Below, in pieces: positions 25,685-37,484 of a stretch of DNA of 64,000 bases. Each line of letters begins with the position of its first letter. Within the stretch, counting starts at the first letter, position 1. The notes under the pieces were generated by a model. The model had not been told where the DNA came from. It searched no databases and worked only from the letters and a program-made list of their open reading frames with translations. This DNA is from Felis catus (lineage: Eukaryota): contig NC_058368.1 in the NCBI RefSeq assembly GCF_018350175.1, positions 44,828,001-44,892,000 on the forward strand. The letters are read 5' to 3'. Made by a program: the position numbers and the translations under genes.

Positions 25685-27390
25685 GAGGGGAAGATAGCCA
25701 TAGAATAGGAGACCTTAGGCTGGCCTAATCCCATGAACAGAACTAAATAACTATCAAAATATCCTAAATACCCCAGAAATCAACCTGAAGGCTGGCAAAA
25801 CAAACTCTACACCTAAAGGTAGAGAAGAGGCCACTTCAAGGAAGATGGGAAATCAGACATGGTTTGGAGGAGAAACGGACAGCTGCTGCTGTGGTAGGGA
25901 GGGAGGTGAAGTCACAGAAAAGGGCAAGAGAATCACTAGCACACAGGGGAGCTCACCAAGGGAAAAGGAATCGTCATAGCAATTGGCTTGGAAAGCAAGA
26001 ATTTCATGAGTTCTTGCAACCAGTGGGTCTTAAAACCTAGAGTTCTATAGGTCAGCAGGCTTGGCTCAAGTAGAGCCCAGAGGCATTGTCCAGGAGGACA
26101 GAAAGTAGGGCAAATAGCCTGCAAACATAAAGCATGGAAAGAACAATCTAAAGAGTGTCTGGGGTACATGGTGGGAAGGTTATTTGCTCATCTCAAAACG
26201 TGTTCCAAAGAGGCAGCATTCACAGAGACCCCTGCGGGAAGAGAGCAACTGGCAGGTGCCAATCCCCTTCGCTGCTGCTCAGCATAAACACAGAGCCACC
26301 TACAGGAACCTAACTTGCGTATACCAAGCCCTGTCTCTGGTGCTCTGGAAGAACCACACTTCCCAGTCATGATTGCCTCTGTCCCAGCAAGGTGGGCCCC
26401 CTCTGCCAGAGGACCAGCCCAAACTTCTTCTCACATCACATCTCCTAACCAGGAGTTTTGCAGAGCCTCAGTTCTGGCAGCAGTGATGACAAGGTCTCAT
26501 TTCACAAGAACACCTGAATGGTAAGGGTAAGGGACCAAACACTGCCCACAACAGGTAAAGCAAGCCTCTGCAGACTGGCCTGAAGGATAAAATGGCCGGA
26601 ACCAACAACAGAGCCCATGTAGCATTCAGTGTAGACACTTCCTCAAGCGCCAGGTCCTGGGGAACAGGGGGCACTACACTTCAGGGCACTATAGAACCTC
26701 TTCTTCATAATGCTATTACCCTCTAGAACAGGTGACATAGTTGACTTTCCTAACACAAGAAGCAGACACAGAGACTTAGACAAAATGAGAAGACTGAGGA
26801 ATTTGTTCCAAATGAAAGACAGGGAGTGGCTGGGTGGCTCAGTCACTAAAGAAAACCAGCAAACCATGAAAGAAAGATAAGAAAGGATCAGAGAAAATCT
26901 TCAGAAATCATCACAAAACAGGTAATAAAATGGCAATAAAGACATATCTATCAATAACTACTATGAATGTAAACATACTAAATACTCTGATTAAAAGACA
27001 TAGGGAGACAGAATGGATAAAAAAGGAAAAAAAGGAAAAAACAAACAAAAAACAAGACCCATCTATCTGCTGCCTACAAGACACTCATTTTAGACCTAAA
27101 AACACCTGCAGATTGATTGAAAGTGAGGGGATGAAGAAACATCTATCATGCAAATGAATGTCAAAAGAAAGCTGGAGTAGCAATACTTATGTCAGACAAG
27201 ATGGACTTTAAAACAAAAACTGTAACAAAAGACAAAGAAGCACACTATGTAATAATCCAACAAGAAGGTATGACAGTTGTAACAGGGGGGTAATCCAACA
27301 AGAAGGTATAACCATTATAAATATTTACGCACCTAACATGAAAGCACCTAAATACGGAACACAGTTAACAGCAAACATAGAGGAATTAAA
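25685..27390 (+). mobile_element. Carnivore L1 5' portion: 5'UTR, ORF1 start, internal deletion, ORF2 endonuclease start; 3'-truncated
   Basis: 5'UTR-like start gaggggaagatagcc...actatcaaaatatcctaaataccccagaaatc. ORF1 start MRRLRNLFQMKD at 26785. ORF2 MAIKTYLSITTMNVN...DPSICCLQDTHF at 26930 (EN motifs NVNGLN and CCLQETH), frameshifted. Confidence 0.9.
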
Positions 27391-28168
27391 AAGTTTGCAG
27401 TATAATTTTGCTGTGCTCTCTCTTTCTCCTTCTGTATAGGTATGGATTCACACCATAAAATCAAGGCATACAAATATATGTATATGCAAATCCTTTTGTC
27501 TGCTATATAGTTTTCTGCAAAATTTTTATTTTTCCTTTGGTATAACATTATGACTTCACATGTGAGGCTTATAGATAGTTTAGTCATTTCAGTGATTTAC
27601 TTTACTAAGGTATGTGATGTATACTTTATTGTCCATACATCTGGACTTATACTTGTATTTCTGTAGCACTGAATCCTAAAATTGGGATCAATTTATTGTG
27701 GGACACCCCACAGTTGCTATTTTGATCAGCATGGCCAACTTCAGAATTTACATTCTTAACAATGATAGGAATATTGTATTTTACCTCACCTTCTTGATAA
27801 TGACTGTTACTAGACTTAAATTCTGTTGATTTATTTTTGATAACCTTATAGGAGAAAAGTAAAATAGCATGTTTTTACTTTAATTTTCTTTTACTTAATT
27901 AGCACTAAATTTTGGCTTTAGTGCTATGTACTATGTGCCTTGGTTTTTATGTTTTGCCACATTTTTAATTGGTTGACTCATTTACTAAGTAATTTGTAAA
28001 TCTGGTTTATATTATTAAGGTTAATCTTTTTTTATTACATATTTTAAACATTTTCTCACAAAATGCCACTTGCATTTTGTCTCATATAAGCTGGACTTCT
28101 ATATGCACTGTTTATTTTTGACTGGCCATGAAACTGAATGTTGCATGAGGTAGCAGCAAAGTAGATGA

Positions 28169-28227
<59 letters not shown>

Positions 28228-28240
28228 TATTATTTATTTA
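28169..28240. repeat. (TTTC)n microsatellite
   Basis: Directly visible. Confidence 0.97.
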
Positions 28241-29202
28241 TTTGCCTTCTTTGCTTTGCTAGCACTTCACAAAAGGATATCCTTATAAGATCAGTTTATG
28301 TCAGCTAATTGAAGATGTTCTTGATAACTGGACTCCTTTCATGAAACCACAAACCTAATATAGTTTAGAGTCAGCCACAACAATGCAATGTAATTAAAGG
28401 TCAGGTTCAACTGGACTTAGTGTCTAATCTCATCAGGTGCTTTCTGCCTCCGCAACATTTCCAAAATCCTCCTTTCTAAGAGTCTGAATACAGCCATCTC
28501 CTAAAGAGATTATTGCAGTGGCCTAGAGCAATTCTCCCTTCTAGTGTGCCCTTCCTGTAATCTATAAACTACATTCTCCTTTCCCTCATCTTTGTACCAC
28601 AATTTGTAGAATTCTTATAACTAAAAGCTGTCAAAGTCTCCCATTCAATTATAGGAGAAATATTCAAGTTTTTTTATTATGATAACAGAATCCCTTCAGA
28701 GTTGATCATCTACTAATTTTCCAGCTTGTTTTCAGAAACTACTCCTCACATACTCCTTAATCAAACATACAAATTCTTCAAAATTCTGAGCAATATTTTG
28801 TACCTCTATGAATTTTTGGAAATACAATTTCTGTGTCTCAGTAGTATGTTTCTGGATCACGAAATCAGAAGAAAAGACCAAACTTGTGGACCATCGTGGA
28901 CTAATTTGGCATTTTTCCCCAGGAGTAGCAAGTATCTGAAGGCTGGCTGTTCTACTCTTCAATGTTACGCTGAATGAAAAGAGCTCTGAAAATTTTACTC
29001 CCTTTTCTATACTACGTAGACTACTCTTTCAGAGCATCTGTGTATTTTATGTGGAATATTTATGTCCTTCATTTATTTGTAATATTTGTGCTTGTTGTTA
29101 CACATGATGATGATGATTACTATCAAAAGGAAACATTTTTATCTGGGACTGATATGTGTCCAGAACAGATGCTGTCAATTTTCAATTTTCCTTAACTGAT
29201 TG

Positions 29203-29203
<1 letters not shown>

Positions 29204-29260
<57 letters not shown>
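29204..29260. repeat. Pure T57 homopolymer
   Basis: 57 uninterrupted T. Confidence 0.95.
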
Positions 29261-29263
<3 letters not shown>

Positions 29264-29626
29264 TGGCATACTCTGCATTCTATCCATGGACTTTAAACTG
29301 CATTGGTTAGATTGTTGATTTGTGTTTTTTTGTTCCGCTGTGAAGTTGCTTGAGTGGAACAGATAAATAAGACAGGTGGTAGAAAAATCCATTTTTGGGT
29401 ACATTAGTGACACCAATTTTCTCTACAAATAGATGGAATCCCATATCACACAGCCAGGGCCAGCTCTGGAGGAAGGTCTAATAGTAAGTTCAGGAGAGTG
29501 TCCTGAGACTTCAACCCAGGGGGCAGGAGCAAGCCAGGGCAACCTGAAGCAGTCTTCAGAGCCTCTGTCCAAAACAATGGACTCAGATATTTCTGTTCTC
29601 TATTTGTCCCTGGCCCACCCTCAAGT

Positions 29627-29742
29627 TTAGGTTATATCTGGTCCAATCAGTCAATCAATCAATAAGTAAGTAAGTAAGGTTATACCTGGTCCAATAAATA
29701 AATAAGTAAATAAATAAATAAGTTAGGTTATACCTGGTCCAA

Positions 29743-29785
<43 letters not shown>

Positions 29786-29801
29786 GTTAGGTTATACCTG
29801 G

Positions 29802-29833
<32 letters not shown>

Positions 29834-29898
29834 CTTAGGTTATACCTGATCCAATAAATAAAAAAATAAGTAAATAAGTAAGTAAGTGAGTAAGTAAG
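29627..29898. repeat. Composite minisatellite: five copies of a 21-bp core separated by tetranucleotide microsatellite spacers
   Basis: Core TTAGGTTATACCTGGTCCAAT (0-1 mismatch) starts at 29627, 29675, 29723, 29787 and 29835; spacers are (CAAT)n/(AAAT)n/(AAGT)n. Confidence 0.95.
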
Positions 29899-32326
29899 TT
29901 TCTTTCAGCTCTGCTTCTTCCACCATTTTAATTTAGCTGATGAAACATCATTGGCGTGCCCTCATTTTTCTTATGCCTCAGCCATGTCTTTTCATATTCT
30001 CCAGAGTAGAACCCACCGCCCCACACAACCTGCCTGCTTGCATGATGATATAAATTGAAGAAGAGGTATGCCAACTTGGTGCCTCCCTTTTATATTGGGC
30101 CTAATGTTTACTTGATTTGGCAGCCTTTTTTTTTTTCTTCAGAGCTTACATTATTGAGTTATTATAATTCACTAGCTCAAATGCAGGTGAATTTTCTCCT
30201 CTATTCTGTGTGTTTACATCCATTTTGGAGAGTTTTGTGAATGGAGTTACAAAAACAGCGTTTACTCTCTTTACCAGAATTCCCACCCATTGAAAACGTA
30301 TGTGAGCTTGTCAATCTCTAAATTTTGGAAGACAATAAGTGAATCCCAGGTTAACCCATTTTAACAGAAAATTAAGAAAGTAAATAAATGTGTAAAGATA
30401 TAAAGCATTAGTCCTTTTGTAGTTTACAGTGTTATTTTAGAAGATATTCAGGCAGTACTCAATGAAATGGTATAATGAAACTGACATTCCTAAAGCAATG
30501 TCACCATGAAGGATTAGGCAATGTTACTTCGCACATATAAAAATGGAAAAGGGGGTAAAAAAGTAATGTGAAATTTTCCTTTGGTTGAAAACAATTAAGA
30601 AAGCTAAGTTGATGAGTAATATGTAAGGCATAATGGGTTTTCTAGGGTATTTGTGTTTTTTTTTGATATGTTCTTAGAAAATATTAGATTTTACATAAAT
30701 TTATGACTCTCTTGAGCTCTTTACATTATGGAGATGTATATACATATGGCTTTTTATACTAAACATGGTCACAGAACAAAGGGTAACAGTGAATGAAAAG
30801 GTTCTGATTCATTGAATTTTTCAGTCTCAAATATTCTTAGGAGAAAGAGAGGTCAGCAAACATACCTGTTTGTTCACATATTATGTCTGACACAAAATAC
30901 CTCACAAACATTAATTCTCCTCTGTATGCCCTCATAAAGTAAAGGTTGCACATGAAATAAATAAGAACATTTAATATACAAATACATAAGCAGTCATAAA
31001 TGTTAACCCCATCCCATTTTAGCATATTCATAAACTCTATTTCTGCATAACAATTAACACCTCATGCTGTTTCAGCACCAACTTGGCAGATAATGAGGCT
31101 TCTGTATGTTAAAATGTAAATGATCTTACTGACCAAATAACAGGGGACATATATTTCTTTTCCATAAGAAAATCTAGCCAGTAAAAAAACTAAAGCAGGG
31201 CTGCAACTGCAATAATTTCCTTAGGAATCAATTAAAAACTTCTTCCTTCAGTAAAAGGAAACATCATCAAACACTTTACTAGAAATCTGATAAATAAAGT
31301 CACAGCAGGTCAAGTCACCCTTATCGTCTGCAACATGGTTTACAATGCATGTGTCTTGTGGGAAATCTATTAATGCAGATATAATCCTATAATCCCCATC
31401 CGTCAATGTGAGTGCAGTAATGGAGTTCCGTTCAGGGGATCTCAGTCTTGCACAGCAATGCCTTAGATGTTTCAAATAAGCATTTGCTATATTAATGTTG
31501 TTGTATGTGGACTGAGGGTCAGTATAGTCGAATTAATCTAAGCTTGTAATTATTTTTGAAACTATTTTATAGTATTCCAAATCCATGCAACTGATCTCTC
31601 TTAAGTTTCTGTCCACCTTATTTGATGAAACTTGATCATTTCAAACTCAGTGTGAAGACAGCCTCTAAATCCTAACCCTGTTATCATTCTGCCTTTCCTC
31701 AAATATTGGGTGAGACTTTATTCTCCCTTTTTCCTCATTCATAAGTTTACTCTATTATTCATTCATTTATTCAAACATTCAATCAAAACAATATATTTTC
31801 AAGTTTTAGGTAAGGGAGACCAATAGCTACTAGCTTTTAAAAAATTAATGTCTCATGAAGATTAGGAATAAATAAGACACATAAAATGTAATAAGTTCTA
31901 TAACCAATGCAAGGACAAGGTCACATAAAAGCTTAGTAAAAGTTTTTAGGGTGGCTTGGGGATATTTAAGGGAACATTTTACTTGTTATATTTTAGGGTT
32001 AAAAATTAAATTAAAATTTTGTGAACACATATGGGAAAAGTAAAAGACTTGGGTAGAAAGAGAATGATGTGTGAGGGCACAAGGTGGTGAAATTTCATGG
32101 AATGGGGTGGAGCTGCAGGTATTGAGTATGGCAGAATGGCAGAGTTATGGGGAAATCTGGTAACAGGACTGGAAAAGTAGGTGGCCACCAGATTATAAAT
32201 CCAGTGTATGTTAACAGTTTATACTTACTAATGGGGAAATCACTCAAGAATGTTCACCTGGAAATAGATTGAATCACATTTGGATTTAGGAAAGTTAACC
32301 ACCTAACTTAAGGAAAGTAAATAATA

Positions 32327-32555
32327 GGGGCATCTGGGTGGCTCAGTTGGTTAAGCATCTGACTTAGGATCAGGTCGTGATCTCACAGTTCATGAGTTTG
32401 AGCCCCACATTAGGCTCTGTACTGGTAGCTCAGAGCCAGAGCCTGGAGCCCACTTCAGATTATGTGTCCCCCTCTCTCTACCCCTCCCCCACTCACACTC
32501 TTGTTTCTCTCTCTCTCAAAAGTAAACAAACATTAAATTTATGAAAAATAAAAAA
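32327..32555 (+). mobile_element. Can-SINE
   Basis: ggggcatctgggtggctcag head; TSD-like aaagtaaataata/aaactaaataata. Confidence 0.92.
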
Positions 32556-33537
32556 CTAAATAATAAAATGCTATTTGATCTCCACTGAAAACCATGATTT
32601 AATACAATTTTTATGAAGCTCTAGAACAAGCAAAAACAAACAATATATATTTAGGGATACATACATGTGTGGTAAGTACATGATAAAGGACACATGTATT
32701 TAAAACACAAAATTCTTACTGTCCTCAAAAAATAGAATTTACCAATGAAGGAACAACAGGTAGAAAAGATTTCAGGGATTGCGCAGGTAGAAGTGTACTT
32801 AAGTGTAAGTAAGAAGACGTTTGATTTTTAAGTTACATACCACTATCATGGAAAGTTATTTGAGTGTTATACTTTATAACATTAATATATATTCTAAGTT
32901 TTAAGTTTTACGAAATAACCCATTTAAGATGAATAAACATTTAAAAATAAAATATTTGAAAACATTACAAATGAATTAAAAATATTACAAAAATATTACA
33001 TTATAATATTACATTTTAAAATGAATTAGATGGGGAGAAAAAGAAGCTAATTCAACATCTTAGGTAAGAACAGATGAGAGATGTAACAGAGTAGTGAACT
33101 CTAGGCAGAAGGGACGAAGTCGGGTTCAGTAAATGGTAAGAGAGAAAGGAAAAGAGTAATGAACGCTGCCGCAAAGTTCAAGGTAGGAGGCACTTTAAAG
33201 AAGAAAGTGTTCAACAGAGTTTAACACTGCAGAAAACTGGGAGAGAAAAGTACAACTGGATTTTTTAAACTCCAGGGTGACTGGTCAATTTGGACCATGG
33301 CTTGCCTATGTCTTAGTGGAGACTGAATGCATACTGCAATCGGGGTTCAAGAATTTCTATGCTGGAGTTGCTTAGGGGTGATGATCTGGTTTGGAGGGCA
33401 AGTGCTAGGGCTCTTGCGTTGATATTGTGAAGACAAACTTTAAATTGTTAAGTGTCAACTACAGATCAATTAAAAATTACATTCTAAGATGCTTTTGTTT
33501 ATTATATTACTTTTTGAAATGACAGTTTTTAAACAGT

Positions 33538-33594
33538 ATCATCATCATCATCATCATCTCATCATCATCATCATCATCATCATTATCATCATCA
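33538..33594. repeat. (CAT)n microsatellite, interrupted
   Basis: Directly visible. Confidence 0.95.
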
Positions 33595-33729
33595 CTATTG
33601 TTGTTAGTGTTATTATCTTGCTCTTTGAGGTGCTTCTAGGAGGTGCTGATGGGAAGGGAGATGCTCTTATGGCACCAAAATAGTTGAGGAGGAATCAGGA
33701 TGTAAAGAGGGAGAGTTAGTGAGAGACAA

Positions 33730-33945
33730 TTTAGTGCAATGGTTAAAATTACAGACTTTGAAGCTAGTTCTGCTAATTTGAATTCTGGCTCCATGTATCC
33801 ATGAATAAGTTACAATTCAGTGAGTTAATTAACTTTTCTTTGACCATAAAGATACTCCCTATCTCATAGCACTGTTAGGAATAAAATAGTTAATATATAA
33901 TACTTAGAATATTGTATGGCTTATAGTAATCTGTTATAATTATTA
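33730..33945 (+). mobile_element. MIR fragment
   Basis: gtgcaatggttaa...acagactttgaagc...tttgaattctggctc...cctatctcatagcactgttagga. Confidence 0.6.
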
Positions 33946-35654
33946 ATATTATTTTGGTGAAATTGTGAAGCAATTGTAATTGCTTGTCATTTCTGCTCTC
34001 TGTAGCTAAGCAATATTATGTGACACTTATAAATAAGATACATGAATGACTGTGTATCATTTTAATGTCATATTGGAACATGAAAGTCACCATTGAAGGA
34101 GTATTTAATTTAATAGAACAATATACCATTGTTTGATTTACCGTTCCTATTGATTAGAGCTTAAGTTCTGTGAAATTACATGTTAACTTGCAGAATAATG
34201 ACAGTTGCAAATAATTTCTGCCCTCTGCAAAAGAGAAACAATAATGTTTAAAGTTTAATGACTTGTAGGACATTAACCAGCTTTGTCTCTATCTTTCAAG
34301 TTTATTTCAGCGTTCTTATTCTTAGTAACTTTGGCCTCTTTAAACTAGTTTACCACCCTGCTGGTACTCTCATTCATGAGAAAATTATATGGCATATGCT
34401 CAATATACATTTGTGTGGCTCATGTTTTTACCCATGATTTTTTGTTTGTATTTGCATGATGTTGTAACTTTGGAAAATGCATACCCATTTCTTTACCACT
34501 TTTACCTACTTTCCCTTCTTGTATAGGAGCAGTAAACCAGTAAATAAGGTTCAATAACAAGTTTAGTGTTGTTTGAAAATAGGCAATTCTTACCTGGTTA
34601 TGGAAATATTATTATAATATTTGGGGAGCTTATTTCCTGTATCTTAGGAACAGTCAAGCTGCCCCAGTTCTCAGGTAACCATTGTTTCTATATTTTGTTC
34701 CAGAATGTAAAGGCCGTGGGCACTTAGCATGCGTTAAAACTTAGATACCTTTCTGCAGCCTGCTCCCTTCTTTATGGCTATTGAATCATTGAAAGGCTCC
34801 CATTTTTTCTGTTTATATCACACAGAACCCTAGCACTATGAATTTGTTTAATATGGCATGTAGCAAGTTTTCTTTCTCTCTCTGGGTAAGATATTTTTGA
34901 ATGATTACACCACATGAAACTGAGATCAAACAAGCCCACTAAATTCCTTTCTGTACTTATTCTGTGGACTGCCTACTCTCCATTAGCCAGAGTGTTTTGA
35001 GCTGTGAGTGTATAGTGGAGACAAAGGATAAGACACAGGTGGATAGACGATAAACACATAGTCCTTAATGTCAAGTACCCCCAAATCCCTCGAATGTAAC
35101 CTCCAGCCAAATTTGATCTTCCCATTATTATTTAAAGGCCTCAGTGCCAACTAAGCTGAGTCATTGCCTTCTCATAGTTAACTATTACAGTAACCCGAAG
35201 ATTATACTGCAGATGAAGAAGTGGAAAGAGAGAAAAATGGTTTCTTTGGATTGTGTCCATGCAAAAAATAAAAAAAAAAATGAAAGAAGATACTTAATAA
35301 AACAATTCTAATAATAATGGAGGAGGAATGAGATCAAGATGTAGGAGAATTAGTCTTGAATAGTTGGAGGAACACCTGATATTCTAAGATTAGAAGTAAA
35401 CTTAAATGTGTTGATAAAAATATAACACTGCCTTTCACTAGCCTGGCACTTTATACTTCTTAAAGTACTTACATATATGGTCCATGCTTGACATTAATTG
35501 CATTATTTTACTTAAAGCCAAAATATATACTTTCACCAATTCTGTTTTTAAAAATCACTTTTGAAAAGTTATCTTCACCTCTGCATAATATTTTTATCAA
35601 TAAAGTGATAAAACAATTGTAGTCTTATAAGTAAAAACTAAGACAATGACACAT

Positions 35655-35830
35655 AGTGGTTACTGCTTGTGCTGCGTGTTCAAATTCAGGGTCTGCAATT
35701 CATTAGCTGGGTGGCTTTGGGCAAGATTTTATCTTGTATATTGGTTTTCTCATCTATAAAATGAGAACAACAGTTTTACCTATCTCACACGGATGTTGCA
35801 CTAATGCATATAAAGCCATTTGTGTCAAGC
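35655..35830 (+). mobile_element. MIR fragment
   Basis: gttcaaattcagggtctgc...tagctgggtggctttgggcaag...ttttctcatctataaaatgag. Confidence 0.7.
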
Positions 35831-35839
35831 CCTGGGAAA

Positions 35840-36910
35840 GTCTCTAATATATAAAGAACTTTTATAACTAAAAAACAAAAACCAAAAAACAAATAGGGGC
35901 CTATGGGTCGCTCAGTCAGTAAGCATCTGACGCTTGATTTTGACAAATTGTGAGACCATGTCCTGCATCAGGCTCCTTGCTGACAGGATGGAGCCTGCTT
36001 GGGATTCTCGATCTCTCTCTCTCTCTCTCTCCCTCCCTCCCTCCCTCCCTCCTCCACTCATCTCTCTCATGCTCCCTCTCATTCTCCCTAAAATAAACTT
36101 AAAAAAATAAAATTAAAAAGATAACCAACATGATTAAAAATGGGCAGAAGAGTAGAACAGATATTTCTCCAAAGAAAATATAAAAATATCCAACAAGTAC
36201 ATGAAAAGATGTTCAATTTCATTAGGATTAGGGAAACATAAATCAAAAGCACAAAAGATCATTTAACATCCATGAGAGTGGTTATAATCAAGAAGAAAGT
36301 TAATAAAAAATTATTGACCCAGATACAGAGAAATTGAAAACTTAGACACTCCTGTAGGGAATGTGAAATGCTGCAGCTACCCTGAAAAACAATCTGGTAG
36401 GTCCTCAGAATCTTTAACATAGAAATACTATACAGCCACTTCATTCCTGGTTACATATTCAAAAGAAATGAAAATAGTATGTCCACACAAAAACATGTAT
36501 GCAAATGTTCATAGAAGTAGTATTCATAATGGTCCCAAAATGTAAACAACTCAGGTGTCCATCAACTGACGAACAGATACATAAAATGAGGATCTATCCA
36601 TGTGATGTAATATTATTTGGTAATAAAAAGAAATGAAGTCTAGCACATGCTATAATGTGAATGAATCTTGAAAACATTATACCACACAAAAGAAGTCAGT
36701 CTAAAAAGCCTACATATTGTATGATTTCAGTGGGGGGAAGGTTAGTAATAGATACAGAGTTTCTCTATGAAGTGATGGAACTGTTTGAAAGTTGATTATG
36801 GTGATGGAGGCAGAATTCCGTGAATATACTAAAGAGCATTGAGTTGGACACGTTAAATTGCTGAATTATATGGTTGGTGAATTATTACCTCAATAATGTT
36901 GTTTTTACAA
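35840..36910 (+). mobile_element. Old L1 (L1MB-like) ORF2 end and 3'UTR, interrupted by a SINE
   Basis: attaaaaatgggcagaag...atttctccaaagaa...catgaaaagatgttca...gtccacacaaaaac...ttgaaaacattat...cctcaataa. Confidence 0.85.
35896..36115 (+). mobile_element. Can-SINE, diverged, nested in L1
   Basis: ggggcctatgggtcgctcagtc...gagcctgcttgggattctc, CT/CCCT tract, A-rich tail. Confidence 0.88.
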
Positions 36911-37430
36911 AACATAACATATTTGGAAGCAGGAAAATATTTATCCATTCTTCCACAGTTACTTGTTGGTCCTCTACTGTTATCAGATAATGTTTTACTT
37001 GTAGTGCCACTAAGGTCTTATTAATGATAAAATGGCACTTATCCACCTTATCTAGAAATGTATTTACATTTCATGGAATTTCAGATTTAACAAGATATTT
37101 GCAAAATCATGAAGCTGCAAGGAACCATATGGGACCAGTATGATCTGAAATAAACTTTATCATTTTATGGTTAATGAGACAGATCTCACGTGAATTGCTA
37201 AAAAACATACAGTTTTATTAAACATTTAAAAAGGCAAGTTTTAAAATTTTCAGTGCAATTTTTTTTTTTTTTGCCTTATACTTTACCTTCTTTTAGTGTT
37301 CAAGAAGCATTTAAAACTCACACAGCTTGAGCATTCGGGACATAATGGAAACTTGAAACAAAGTAGTTAAAAAATGAAATTGTTGGTCAAAAATCAAAGG
37401 AGCAAGGGTGGGAACATATTCTGGACTAAA

Positions 37431-37484
37431 ATGAATGAATGAATGAATGAATGGATGGATGAATGAATGAATGAATGAATGAAT
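37431..37484. repeat. (GAAT)n/(GGAT)n microsatellite
   Basis: Directly visible. Confidence 0.9.

Noticed and set aside
29627..29898. CRISPR array
   Set aside because: Spacers are low-complexity tetramer repeats related to each other; there are no cas genes; the context is a mammalian intron.
31248..31475. 75-aa minus-strand ORF as a possible KLHL1 exon or small gene
   Set aside because: No similarity to BACK or Kelch sequence or any protein I recognise; the length is compatible with chance.
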